A stretch of DNA of 64,000 nt from an uncultured Desulfobacterales bacterium. GTDB lineage: Bacteria > Desulfobacterota > Desulfobaccia > Desulfobaccales > 0-14-0-80-60-11. Both the position numbers and the translations under genes were made by a program. The stretch covers positions 124,793 through 188,792 of the forward strand of contig CAYZOP010000005.1 in NCBI GenBank assembly GCA_964480485.1, in the 5' to 3' direction. This document shows, in pieces, positions 18,188 to 26,900 of the stretch. Each line of letters opens with the position of its first letter. Position 1 is the first letter of the stretch. The notes beneath the pieces were generated by a model. The model did not search any database and was not told the DNA's origin. It was given only the letters and a program-made list of their open reading frames with translations.

Positions 18188-19422
18188 GTCTTTGCCTCCA
18201 GATAGTGGCGCACCTGCCGCACCGTCTGGGTGGCGTCGGCGATGCACTCCAGAATGCCCAGGGGGCCTTTGGCGGTTCCCACCAGGAAGACGCCGGGAGG
18301 TGCGCCTGAGGCCCCGTTTTGCAAAAAGCCGTCCGCCGTCAGGGGCAGGTTTAACAGGTCCGCCAGCCTGGCGTTGTCCAGCCCCGGGGAGATGCCCACC
18401 GCCAGGACCAGGAGGTCCACCACCCGGAACAGGGCCTGCCCGCCGGCCTCATCGAAGAAGCGAAGCTTCAGGCTGCCGTCGGCGGTGGGCGCCAGGTCCC
18501 CGGGCAGGACCCGGATGAGCTCCAGTTCCTGTTGCACCGCGGCTTCGAATCCCAGGGGGTCGGGCCCCACGTTTTGCAGGTCCATGTAAAAGGTGGTTAC
18601 CTGGACCTCGGGCCAGCGATGCCGGATGAGCCGGGCCAGGCGCAGGCCGTAGGCGCAGCAGACCCGGGAGCAGTAGGAATGCTCCCGGTCCCGGCTGCCC
18701 ACGCACTGGATGAAGGCCACCCGCCGCACCCGGCGGCCGTCCTGGGGCCGGAGGAGGGGGCCGCCCTGGCGCAGGATCTCTTCCAGCTCCCAGCCGGTGA
18801 TGATCTGGGGGAGGTGGCGGGAGGCGGCGATGGAGCGGGCCGGCGGCGCTGCGGGCTGATACCCGGTGGCCACCACCAGGCTGGAGGTTGTCAGGCTCAC
18901 CGTGGTCCCAGGGCGGGTCAGGTCGATGGCCTGGGTGGGGCAGCTCTCCTGGCAGCGCCGGCAGGAACCGTCCTGGAAGTAGAGGCAGACCGCCGGATTC
19001 ACCGCATAGCGGGGGTGGTTCTCCGCCGAGGCCGTGGTGAGCAGGGCTCCCGGCACCGGACACTCCTCCAGGCAGAGGCCGCAGTCCAGGCAGCGGTGGG
19101 GGTCCACCGGCTGGGGGCTGGACCGCAGGGTGAGATCCAGCCGGCCATGGTCCCCCCGGGCGGCCGTCAGATCCGTGTTGGGATAGCGGGTGATGCCCGG
19201 CGTGGCAAACAGGTCCCGGAGCGCCTGCTCCACCCGGCAGGCCCCGCACTTCTGGCAGACCTCCGTGGCCTTGCACACAAAGCTGCCGGCCCGTCCGCCG
19301 AAAAAGGGGCTTTTCTCCACCAGGGCCACGTCCCATCCGCCCCGCCTCAGCTCCAGGGCGACGGTGATGCCGGCAATGCCGCCGCCCAGGACCACCACCG
19401 GATAGGTAGGTTCGCTTTTCAT
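18184..19422 (-). CDS. HdrA-like FAD/Fe-S protein (short, QmoA-sized)
   Basis: VVVLGGGIAG FAD motif; CLDCGLCLEECP and C.RCQESCP ferredoxins; FIQCVGSRD...YCSRVCC HdrA cluster motif; GVFLVGTAKGP. Confidence 0.88.
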   Translation of the reverse strand: MKSEPTYPVVVLGGGIAGITVALELRRGGWDVALVEKSPFFGGRAGSFVCKATEVCQKCGACRVEQALRDLFATPGITRYPNTDLTAARGDHGRLDLTLRSSPQPVDPHRCLDCGLCLEECPVPGALLTTASAENHPRYAVNPAVCLYFQDGSCRRCQESCPTQAIDLTRPGTTVSLTTSSLVVATGYQPAAPPARSIAASRHLPQIITGWELEEILRQGGPLLRPQDGRRVRRVAFIQCVGSRDREHSYCSRVCCAYGLRLARLIRHRWPEVQVTTFYMDLQNVGPDPLGFEAAVQQELELIRVLPGDLAPTADGSLKLRFFDEAGGQALFRVVDLLVLAVGISPGLDNARLADLLNLPLTADGFLQNGASGAPPGVFLVGTAKGPLGILECIADATQTVRQVRHYLEAKT

Positions 19423-19458
19423 AGGGATTCCGTTCGACCTCGTGGTGCAGGCCGGATC

Positions 19459-20343
19459 TTAGGCGCCTGCGGCCTGAATCACTTCCGCCAGCAGGTCGCT
19501 TTTGCCCTTGGCCTTGACATAGGCTCCGTCCGCCAGCTTCTCTGCTCTGATTTGCCTGAGCAGCCGGCCGACTAAGGCGGCGCCCCGGTGCAGCACCTCT
19601 TCGGGGTCGCTGCCCGCCAGTTCCCGGATGACCTCGGGGGGCAGGGAATAGACCTTGCGCAGCTCGCCTTGGGCGGCCTTGTCCACTTCCTCGGCGCTGG
19701 GCACCTTGACGCAGGCCAGGAGCTTGGCGCCGTTGAGCTCCAGTCCCTGCCGGAAGCGGCGGAATTTCTCCAGGTCGAAGACCGGGGCGGTGACCAGAAA
19801 CTGGGCTCCGGCGGCCAGCTTCTTTCGGATCTTGAGCTGCTGGGGCGCCAAGGGGTCGGCCTCGGGGATGGCCACCGCGCCCAGGAAAAACTGGGGATTT
19901 CCCTGCAGGGCGTGGCCGGCGCTGTCCTGGCCCGCCATGAGTCCCTGGGCGATCTTAAGGAGCTGCACCGAGTCGGCGTCGTAGACCGGCTTGGCGTCGG
20001 GATGGTCCCCGAGGGTGACGTAGTCGCCGCTCAGCATCAGGAGGTTTTCCACCCCCAGGGCGGCAGCCCCCAAGAGATCGCTCTCCAGGGCCAGGCGGTT
20101 GCGGTCCCGGCAGGTCATGAGGAGCAGGGGCTCCCCCCCGGCTTCCTGCACCAGCCGGGCCGCGGCCAGGGCCGAGACCCGCATCTTGGCATGCTCGTTG
20201 TCCGGGACCCCGAAGGCCGCGACGGTGCCGTTCAGGCCGCGCACCGGAGCCAGCATGGCCTTGAGATCCACCCCCTTGGGAGGCTTGATTTCCGCAACGA
20301 TGGGGAACCGGCCGCCTGCCAACGCTTCCTTGAGCTTACCCAT
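19459..20343 (-). CDS. metF: Methylenetetrahydrofolate reductase large subunit MetF
   Basis: AEIKPPKG; PDN; MTCRDRNRLALESDLLGA..LGVEN.L..SGD....GDHP.AKPV.D.DS.QL; KK..AGAQF. Confidence 0.93.
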   Translation of the reverse strand: MGKLKEALAGGRFPIVAEIKPPKGVDLKAMLAPVRGLNGTVAAFGVPDNEHAKMRVSALAAARLVQEAGGEPLLLMTCRDRNRLALESDLLGAAALGVENLLMLSGDYVTLGDHPDAKPVYDADSVQLLKIAQGLMAGQDSAGHALQGNPQFFLGAVAIPEADPLAPQQLKIRKKLAAGAQFLVTAPVFDLEKFRRFRQGLELNGAKLLACVKVPSAEEVDKAAQGELRKVYSLPPEVIRELAGSDPEEVLHRGAALVGRLLRQIRAEKLADGAYVKAKGKSDLLAEVIQAAGA

Positions 20344-21016
20344 GGGTGCCGTATCTCCTCAGATAGCCCGGGTGGATCACCGTGCCGGGATGGGTGCTCC
20401 GTCCATGCGGATGGAGGGGCAGGATGGCCTCGATCTCCCCCAGCCGGCCTTGCCGGGCCAGTTTTTCATAAATCTCGCACCAGGCGCAGGCCCGGTCCTG
20501 GTTGACCTCGCACTTCCCCTGGATATTGCCGCCGCAGGGGCCGTTCAAGAGCCCCTTGGGGCACATGGTCTGGGGGCAGACGCCGCCGGTCAGGCCCAGA
20601 TAGCACTGGTGGCAGGCCCGGCAGCGCTCGGTGTAGAGCCCCGCAGCCTCGTTCACCCCGATGAAGGTGGTGTTCAGGGCCGGGAAGACCGGCTTCATCT
20701 CGGGCATGGCCGCCAGGAATTGCACCCCGGCGCCGCAGGCCGTGGAGATGACCGCATCGTAGTCAGCCGCCAGGTCTCTGAGAGGCTCAATGAATTCCCG
20801 GTCGCACTGTCGTTCCACCGTGATCTCTCCGATACGGCCGTTCTGGCCCGCCAGTTTGCGGGCGAGTTTGAGCTGCGAGGCCAGCAGCCCCACCTCCTTC
20901 TCGCCCCCCGCCAGGCAGACCGCCACGCAGGTGCCGCAGCCCACAATGAGCAAATGCTCATAAGGGGCCACCATGTCCTTGATTTCCTGAAAAGGCTTGC
21001 GCGCTGCGATAATCAT
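20336..21016 (-). CDS. metV: Methylenetetrahydrofolate reductase small subunit MetV (Cys-rich Fe-S/Zn)
   Basis: GCGTC..VC..GGEKEV; ERQCD.EF; ACGAGVQ; ERC.AC..C.LG.TGGVCP...CPKGLLNGPCGG...GKCEV; overlaps the metF start. Confidence 0.92.
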   Translation of the reverse strand: MIIAARKPFQEIKDMVAPYEHLLIVGCGTCVAVCLAGGEKEVGLLASQLKLARKLAGQNGRIGEITVERQCDREFIEPLRDLAADYDAVISTACGAGVQFLAAMPEMKPVFPALNTTFIGVNEAAGLYTERCRACHQCYLGLTGGVCPQTMCPKGLLNGPCGGNIQGKCEVNQDRACAWCEIYEKLARQGRLGEIEAILPLHPHGRSTHPGTVIHPGYLRRYGTHG

Positions 21017-21516
21017 GATGCCACCGCCGTTTGAGGTTCTGCCGGGACCGCCTCCGGGCGTCCCCAGGCCGGGTTCAAGGGGCTGGGACCCAGGGCCTTG
21101 ACCCGTTCGGTCATTTCCTTCACCACCGCCACGAACTTGGGAGCGTCACTGGCCGCGATCTCGTACATGGCCAGCCGGTCCGCACCTAGGCCGACCTCGT
21201 CCAGCAACTGCCGGGCATATTCCACTCGCTCTCGGGCTCTGAGATTTCCTTCCAGGAAATGGCAGCTCCCGGCCTCTCACCCGCCCACGAAGATGGCGTC
21301 CGCCCCGGCTTCAAAGCCCTTCAAAATGTGGATAATGTCGATGCGGCCGGTGCACAGGTACTTGACGATGCGCACCGTGGCCGGGTACTGCATCCGGGCC
21401 GAGCCCGCCATGTCCGCGGCGGTGTAGGTGCAGTAGGTGCACACGAAGGCCAGGATCTTGGGGCTGAACTCCGCCCCGACTGCCGGGGCGGCGGCCGTCT
21501 CTCGCGCTGCTTTCAT
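21013..21516 (-). CDS. mvhD: MvhD/FlxD-type [2Fe-2S] subunit, probable selenoprotein (UGA at 21277-21279)
   Basis: ORFs 21277..21594 and 21013..21225 are in one frame. Read-through gives KILAFVCTYC...CTGRID...KGFEAGADAIFVGG-U-EAGSCHFLEGNLRARERV, with UGA at the GCxxxxCH cysteine. Confidence 0.92.
21244..21260 (-). promoter_or_regulatory. Candidate bacterial SECIS hairpin
   Basis: mRNA: UGA + 16 nt + AUUUCCU-[GGA]-AGGAAAU, a perfect 7-bp stem with G first in the loop. Confidence 0.75.
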
Positions 21517-21523
21517 GGGATCC

Positions 21524-24500
21524 CTACCTTGTCTCTGCGCCCATCGCCGGCCAGGACTCGCGGATGGCGGCGATTTTGGCGATAAACTGCTCATCCAGGT
21601 TGTGCTTCACCGCGATGGCCTTGCGGGGGCAGGCGCTGGCGCAGTTGCCGCACCCCTGGCAGGCGGCGGCGTCAATCTGCACCACGCCTTCGCTTTCATC
21701 CATACGCGGCACCCCGTAGGGGCAGGTGCGCACACAGGTCAGGCAGGCCACGCACTTTAAGGGGTCCACCTGGGCCACCGAGCCGGCCACGTACATCTCC
21801 TCCTGGGCCAACACCCCCATGGCCCGGGCCGCCGCACCCCTGGCCTGAGCCAGGCTTTCCTCCAGGGTCTTGGGGCCGTGGGCCAGGCCGCACAGAAAGA
21901 CGCCCGCGGAGGCGAAGTCCAGGGGTCTGAGTTTCAAGTGCGCCTCCATGAGGAAGCCGTCGGCGTCCGGGGGCAGCTTGAAAACCCGGGCGATGTCCTG
22001 GCTGGCCGGGTGGGGCCGGATGGCCGCGGACAGCACCAGGTAGTCGGCGGGCAGGGCCAAGGCAGCCCGGAGGGACGGATCATAGACCTGCACCTCCAGC
22101 CCCTGGGGCCCCGCCTTGACCTCGGGCCGACGGTCCGCGTCAAAGCGCACAAACTGCACCCCCAGGTCCCGGGCCTTCTTGTAGTAGACTTCTTTCAGGC
22201 CGTAGGTCCGGATGTCCCGGTAGAGGATGAAGATCTCCGCCCGGGGGTTGAGTTCCTTGAGCCGGATGGCATTTTTCACCGCCTCGCCGCAGCAGACCCG
22301 GCTGCAATACGGGTGCTCCGGCTCCCGCGAGCCGACGCACTGGATCATCACCACCCGGGCTTGGCCCTGGAAATCCTGGGGGCCCTCCCAGAGCAGATGC
22401 TCAAACTCCGTTTGGGTGAGGACCCGGGGATTTTGGCCGTAGAGGTATTCCTGCGGCTCGTACTCCTGGGCGCCGGTGGCGACGACCACCGCACCGTACG
22501 TAAGTTCCCGACGGAACTGCCCGGCGGCCACGGTGCTTGTGAACTTGCCGATGTGCCCGGAGACGTCCAGGACCCGGGTGTTGGGAAGCCACTCGATCAA
22601 GGGGTGGTCTTCCACCCGCCGCACCAGATCCTCCAGAAAGGGCTGCACCGGGTGCCCCTCCAGGGTGTGGTGCAGCCGCCGGGCCAGGCTGCCGGAAAGC
22701 TTGCCGTCCTGCTCCGTCAGGTAGACCTGGTAGCCGCCGTCGGCGATGGTCAAGGCTGCGGTGAGGCCGGCCAAGCCGCCTCCCACCACCAGGGCCTTTT
22801 GGGTCACCGGGAAAAGCAGGTCGCCGATGGGTTTCAAAAGGGCCGCCCGGGCCACCGACATGCGCACCAACTCCTTGGCCTTCTCGGTGGCCAGTTGGGG
22901 GGAGCCCTGGTGGACCCAGGAGTCCTGGTCCCGAATGTTGGCCATTTCAAAGAGATACTTGTTCAGCCCCGCCTTGCGCAGGTTTTCCTGGAACAACGGC
23001 TCGTGGGTCCGGGGGCTGCAGGAGGCCACCACGATGCGGTTCAGGTTTTCCGCTTCGATGACCTGGCGCATGTTGTCCAGGGAATCGGTGGCGCAGGTGA
23101 AGGTGTAATGGTCGGCATAGGCCACCTGCGGCAGGCCGCGGGCATAGTCGGTGACCGCAGCCACGTCCACCACGCCGGCGATGTTGATGCCGCAGTGGCA
23201 GATGAACACGCCGATGCGGGGTTCCGCCCCCAGGATGTCCTTTTCCGGCGGATATGCCTCTTTGGTCACCAGGGTGCCCCGGGCCTCCGCCAGGGAGGCT
23301 GCGGCGGCGCCAGCCGCGCCCGAGGCCTGTCCCACGGTCTCGGGGATGTCCTTGGGGGACTGGAAGGCGCCGCAGGTGAAGATGCCCGGCCGGGAGGTGT
23401 GCACCATTTCCATGGGCGGGCTCTTGACAAAGCCCCAACGGTCCGTGTCGATGCCCAAGTGGCGGGCCAGCTCCCGGGTGGCCGGGTGGGGGTTCAAACC
23501 CACCGAGAGCACCACCATCTCAAAGACCTCGCTCTGAACCGTGCCGGCTTCGTCCACGTAGCTCAGTTCCAGATCGTGGGTGCCGGGGTCCTGGGCCACC
23601 CGGGAAATCATGCTGCGCACGTAGCGCACCCCGTGATCGGCCTTGGCCCGCTCGTAGTAGCGGTCGAAGCCTTTGCCCTGGGCCCGAAAGTCAATGAAGA
23701 AGATGGTGGGTTCAATGTCGGCGTCGTGCTCCCGGGCAATGATGGCCTGCTTGGTGGCGTACATGCAGCAGACATAGGAGCAGTATTCCCGGCCGCAGGA
23801 GGCGTCCCGGGAGCCCACGCACTGGATCCAGGCCACCTTCCGGGGGGCCCGGCCGTCGCTGGGACGAAGCACGTGGCCGCCGTAGGGGCCCGTGGCGGAG
23901 AGCAGCCGCTCGAATTGCAGGGAGGTCACCACGTTGGGGTAGCGGCCGAAGCCGTACTCGGCCTTTTGGGCGGCGTCGAAGGGCCGAAAGCCCGGGGCCA
24001 GGATCAGGGCCCCCACCTCAAGTTCCCGTATTTGCGGCTGCATGCTGTGGTCGATGGCCCCGGCCTGGCAGGCGGTGACGCACTGCATACATTCGGAGCA
24101 GCCGCCGCAGTTGATGCAGCGAGCCGCTTCGTCCACCGCCTGGTCTTCTGCGAACCCCAGGTTGATTTCCTGAAAGCCCTGGGTCCACTGGTCAGGGGGC
24201 AGCTCCGGCATGCGGGCCCGTGGTTTTCTGGCCGCCTTTCCCGGGATGGGGGTCCAATGACCCTCCTCTTTGGGGAGGGGCCGCAGGGGAAAGTCCCGGT
24301 TTGCGGTGAGGTCACGGCCGTTGATATAGCGGTGGATGGACTCCGCCGCCTCCCGGCCTGCGGCCACTGCGGCGATGGCGATGTAGGGCCCGGAGACCAC
24401 GTCGCCGCCGGCAAAGACGCCTGCCCGGCTGGTGGCCAGGGTGAGGGGGTCGGCCTCGATGAGCCCCCGGGGGGTGAGCTTGAGCCCGTCCGCCTCGGTG

Positions 24501-25999
24501 AGGAAGTCCAGGTGGGCTTTTTGGCCGATGGCCAGGATCACCGCATCGGCACGGCGGGTGACGGTTTCCTCTTCCCGGTAGGTGGGGGCGAAGCGGCCCT
24601 GCTCGTCGAAGACCCGCTCCACCGCTTTGAGCACCGCGCCGGTCACCGCTCCCTGGGGTGCCAGAATCTCTTTGATCCCGAAGCGGTGCCAGATCTCGAT
24701 GCCCTCCCGTTGCGCTTCGGCCACCTCCCAGGGGGAGGCGGGCATCTCCGATTCGCTCTCCAGGCAGACCACCGTGACCCGGCCGCCTTGGCGCCGGGCG
24801 GTGCGGGCCACGTCCATGGCCACGTTGCCGCCGCCGATGACCAGGACCTCCTGGCCCTGGAAGTCAAAGCGCTCCCCGGAGGCCGAGGCCTTGAGGTATT
24901 CCACGCCCCAGAACACCCCCCGGGCATCGGCGTTGGGCACCGGCAGACGGATGGAGTCCTGGGCGCCCACACCCACGAACACGGCCCGAAAGCCCTTCGC
25001 GGTGAGGAGATCGTTGATGGTGCAGCCGGGGCCGCCGATGGGAGCGTTATAATGGATCTCCACCCCAAGCCGGTTAATGTAGTCCACCTCCCGGTCCAGC
25101 ACCTCCCGGGGCAGACGGTATTCCGGAATGCCGTAGCGCAGCCAGCCGCCCGCCTGAGCTGCGGCCTCGAAGATCTCCACCCGGTAGCCCCGGCGGGCCA
25201 GGTGATAGGCGCAGCTCAAACCCGAGGGTCCCGCCCCCACCACGGCCACGGCCTCCTGCCGTTTCTCCACCTGGGGGACCGGCAGCGTCTGCCAGTCCAC
25301 CTGGTCGGCCACGAAGCGCTTCAGGGCGCAGATGGCCACCGGCTCGTCCACCTCCTGGCGGCGGCAGGCGGTCTCGCAGGGGTGGGGGCAGATGCGGCCG
25401 ATGGTGCCGGGCAGCGGCAGACGCTCCATGATCAGGGCCAAGGCTTCGGGGAATTTCCCCGCCTTGACGAGCTGTACGTAGCCCTGCACGCTCAGGTTGG
25501 CGGGACAGGTCCGCACGCAGGGCGCCCGGTCCAGCTTCTTGATGGCGAAGGTGGCGGGAATGGCCTGGGGAAAGTGGCGGTAGGCCGCCGGCCGCATCCC
25601 CAGGCCCTCGTCAAAGCTGGAGGGCAGCTTGACGGGGCAGGCCTCGGCGCAGGCCCCGCAGGCGTTGCATTTGGCCCGGTCGATGTAGCGCGGCTCCTGG
25701 CGCAGGGTGAGGGTGAAGTTCCCCGCCTCGCCCGCCACCCCCGCCACCTCCGACTGGGTGATGATCTCGATGTCCGGGTGGCGGGCCACCTCGATGAGCT
25801 TGGGGGAGATGAGGCAGGTGGAGCAGTCGTTGGTGGGGAAGGTCTTGTCCAGTTGGGCCATGACCCCCCCGATGGAGATGTCCCGCTCCACCAGGTAAAC
25901 CTTAAACCCGGCGTTGGCGGCGTCCAGGGCGGCCTGCATGCCGGCGATGCCGCCCCCCACCACGGCGATGGCGCCTGTTTTGGTGCGTTCGCTAGTCAT
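21524..25999 (-). CDS. HdrL-type large flavoprotein: tandem HdrA halves with an inserted GltD/NfnB-like NAD(P)H oxidoreductase
   Basis: HdrA N-terminus GGGIAG..AALD, LDKTFPTNDCSTC; GltD-like insert (APC..TCP, GRICPHPCE..C.R, GAGPSG, GGWLRYGIPEYRLP, IGGGNVAMD, EAARCINC); two QCVGSR..YCS.VCC motifs; ASCSPRTHE; C-terminal 2x[4Fe-4S]. Confidence 0.9.
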   Translation of the reverse strand: MTSERTKTGAIAVVGGGIAGMQAALDAANAGFKVYLVERDISIGGVMAQLDKTFPTNDCSTCLISPKLIEVARHPDIEIITQSEVAGVAGEAGNFTLTLRQEPRYIDRAKCNACGACAEACPVKLPSSFDEGLGMRPAAYRHFPQAIPATFAIKKLDRAPCVRTCPANLSVQGYVQLVKAGKFPEALALIMERLPLPGTIGRICPHPCETACRRQEVDEPVAICALKRFVADQVDWQTLPVPQVEKRQEAVAVVGAGPSGLSCAYHLARRGYRVEIFEAAAQAGGWLRYGIPEYRLPREVLDREVDYINRLGVEIHYNAPIGGPGCTINDLLTAKGFRAVFVGVGAQDSIRLPVPNADARGVFWGVEYLKASASGERFDFQGQEVLVIGGGNVAMDVARTARRQGGRVTVVCLESESEMPASPWEVAEAQREGIEIWHRFGIKEILAPQGAVTGAVLKAVERVFDEQGRFAPTYREEETVTRRADAVILAIGQKAHLDFLTEADGLKLTPRGLIEADPLTLATSRAGVFAGGDVVSGPYIAIAAVAAGREAAESIHRYINGRDLTANRDFPLRPLPKEEGHWTPIPGKAARKPRARMPELPPDQWTQGFQEINLGFAEDQAVDEAARCINCGGCSECMQCVTACQAGAIDHSMQPQIRELEVGALILAPGFRPFDAAQKAEYGFGRYPNVVTSLQFERLLSATGPYGGHVLRPSDGRAPRKVAWIQCVGSRDASCGREYCSYVCCMYATKQAIIAREHDADIEPTIFFIDFRAQGKGFDRYYERAKADHGVRYVRSMISRVAQDPGTHDLELSYVDEAGTVQSEVFEMVVLSVGLNPHPATRELARHLGIDTDRWGFVKSPPMEMVHTSRPGIFTCGAFQSPKDIPETVGQASGAAGAAAASLAEARGTLVTKEAYPPEKDILGAEPRIGVFICHCGINIAGVVDVAAVTDYARGLPQVAYADHYTFTCATDSLDNMRQVIEAENLNRIVVASCSPRTHEPLFQENLRKAGLNKYLFEMANIRDQDSWVHQGSPQLATEKAKELVRMSVARAALLKPIGDLLFPVTQKALVVGGGLAGLTAALTIADGGYQVYLTEQDGKLSGSLARRLHHTLEGHPVQPFLEDLVRRVEDHPLIEWLPNTRVLDVSGHIGKFTSTVAAGQFRRELTYGAVVVATGAQEYEPQEYLYGQNPRVLTQTEFEHLLWEGPQDFQGQARVVMIQCVGSREPEHPYCSRVCCGEAVKNAIRLKELNPRAEIFILYRDIRTYGLKEVYYKKARDLGVQFVRFDADRRPEVKAGPQGLEVQVYDPSLRAALALPADYLVLSAAIRPHPASQDIARVFKLPPDADGFLMEAHLKLRPLDFASAGVFLCGLAHGPKTLEESLAQARGAAARAMGVLAQEEMYVAGSVAQVDPLKCVACLTCVRTCPYGVPRMDESEGVVQIDAAACQGCGNCASACPRKAIAVKHNLDEQFIAKIAAIRESWPAMGAETR

Positions 26000-26062
26000 A
26001 TGGGCTCAGTCGTTTGGTCGGGCGGACGGGGGGCGAACCAGAGCGCCGCCCCGCCCCGGGGT

Positions 26063-26893
26063 TCACAGCAATCCCTTGCCTTTAAGCAGGGGCCGGGGAT
26101 CCACCAGGTGCCGGGCCAGCCAGCCGGGGGCGTCGGGATGTCCCAGGGCCAGTCCCATGAGCTCGGTGAAATAAAACACCGGCAGATAATAGGGTTTGCC
26201 GGTCCGCCGGGAGATCCGCCCCTGGGTCAGATCCAGATTGGCCTGGCACATCTGGCAGGCCACCACGAAACACTCGGCCCCGGCCGCCAGGGCCCGGTCA
26301 TAGAGGCGGGCCGCCAGGGTGTCGATGAGGTCCGGCCGGGCCATGGCCAAGCCGGCCCCGCAGCAGTCGGTCTTATAGGACCAATCCCGGGGGTCGGCCT
26401 GGAGGACCTCCAGGAGCCGGTCCAGGCCGGTGGGGTTCTCCCAATCCGGTTTGTCGGTGATGCCCGGGGGCCGGGCCGCCAGGCAGCCGTAGTAGCCCAC
26501 CGCCTTGAGGCCGGTAAGGGGCCGCACCACCTCCTTGGCTAAGGCGGCCAGAAAGCTCTCCTGGGTGAGAAAGTCCAGCAGGTCCCAAATCTTCACCCCC
26601 GTCTCCCGCTCCCCGGGGGGCGCCTGCTTTTCGGCGGCTTTGAGCCGGTTGAAGCAGAGGGCGCAGGGCACCACCACGTCCAGGCCGACCTGCCGGGCCA
26701 GGGCCAGGTTGCGGGCCGGCAGCGCCACCGCCAGGTGGTGATTGAGGCTGTGGGCGGCGCTGGCGCCGCAACAGTTCCAGTCCTCCAACTCCTCCAGATC
26801 CACTCCCATAATGGGCGCCACGGCGTGGATGGAGGCGGCGTAGTCCGCCGCGGTGCCCTCCAGGGAACAGCCGGGATAATAGGATACCTTCAT
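26063..26893 (-). CDS. hdrB: Heterodisulfide reductase subunit B
   Basis: YYPGCSL, DWNCCGA, PCALCFNRL, YYGCL..RP, CCGAG, ACQMCQANLD (two CCG domains). Confidence 0.95.
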   Translation of the reverse strand: MKVSYYPGCSLEGTAADYAASIHAVAPIMGVDLEELEDWNCCGASAAHSLNHHLAVALPARNLALARQVGLDVVVPCALCFNRLKAAEKQAPPGERETGVKIWDLLDFLTQESFLAALAKEVVRPLTGLKAVGYYGCLAARPPGITDKPDWENPTGLDRLLEVLQADPRDWSYKTDCCGAGLAMARPDLIDTLAARLYDRALAAGAECFVVACQMCQANLDLTQGRISRRTGKPYYLPVFYFTELMGLALGHPDAPGWLARHLVDPRPLLKGKGLL

Positions 26894-26900
26894 GCCTGCC

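Noticed and set aside
21878-26542. Very long opposite-strand ORFs (1554 aa here; also 4005..7481, 29663..34054, 16025..17281, 62082..63431 and others)
   Set aside because: They are exact antisense shadows of well-supported genes, expected from high GC3 codon bias, and contain no recognisable motifs.
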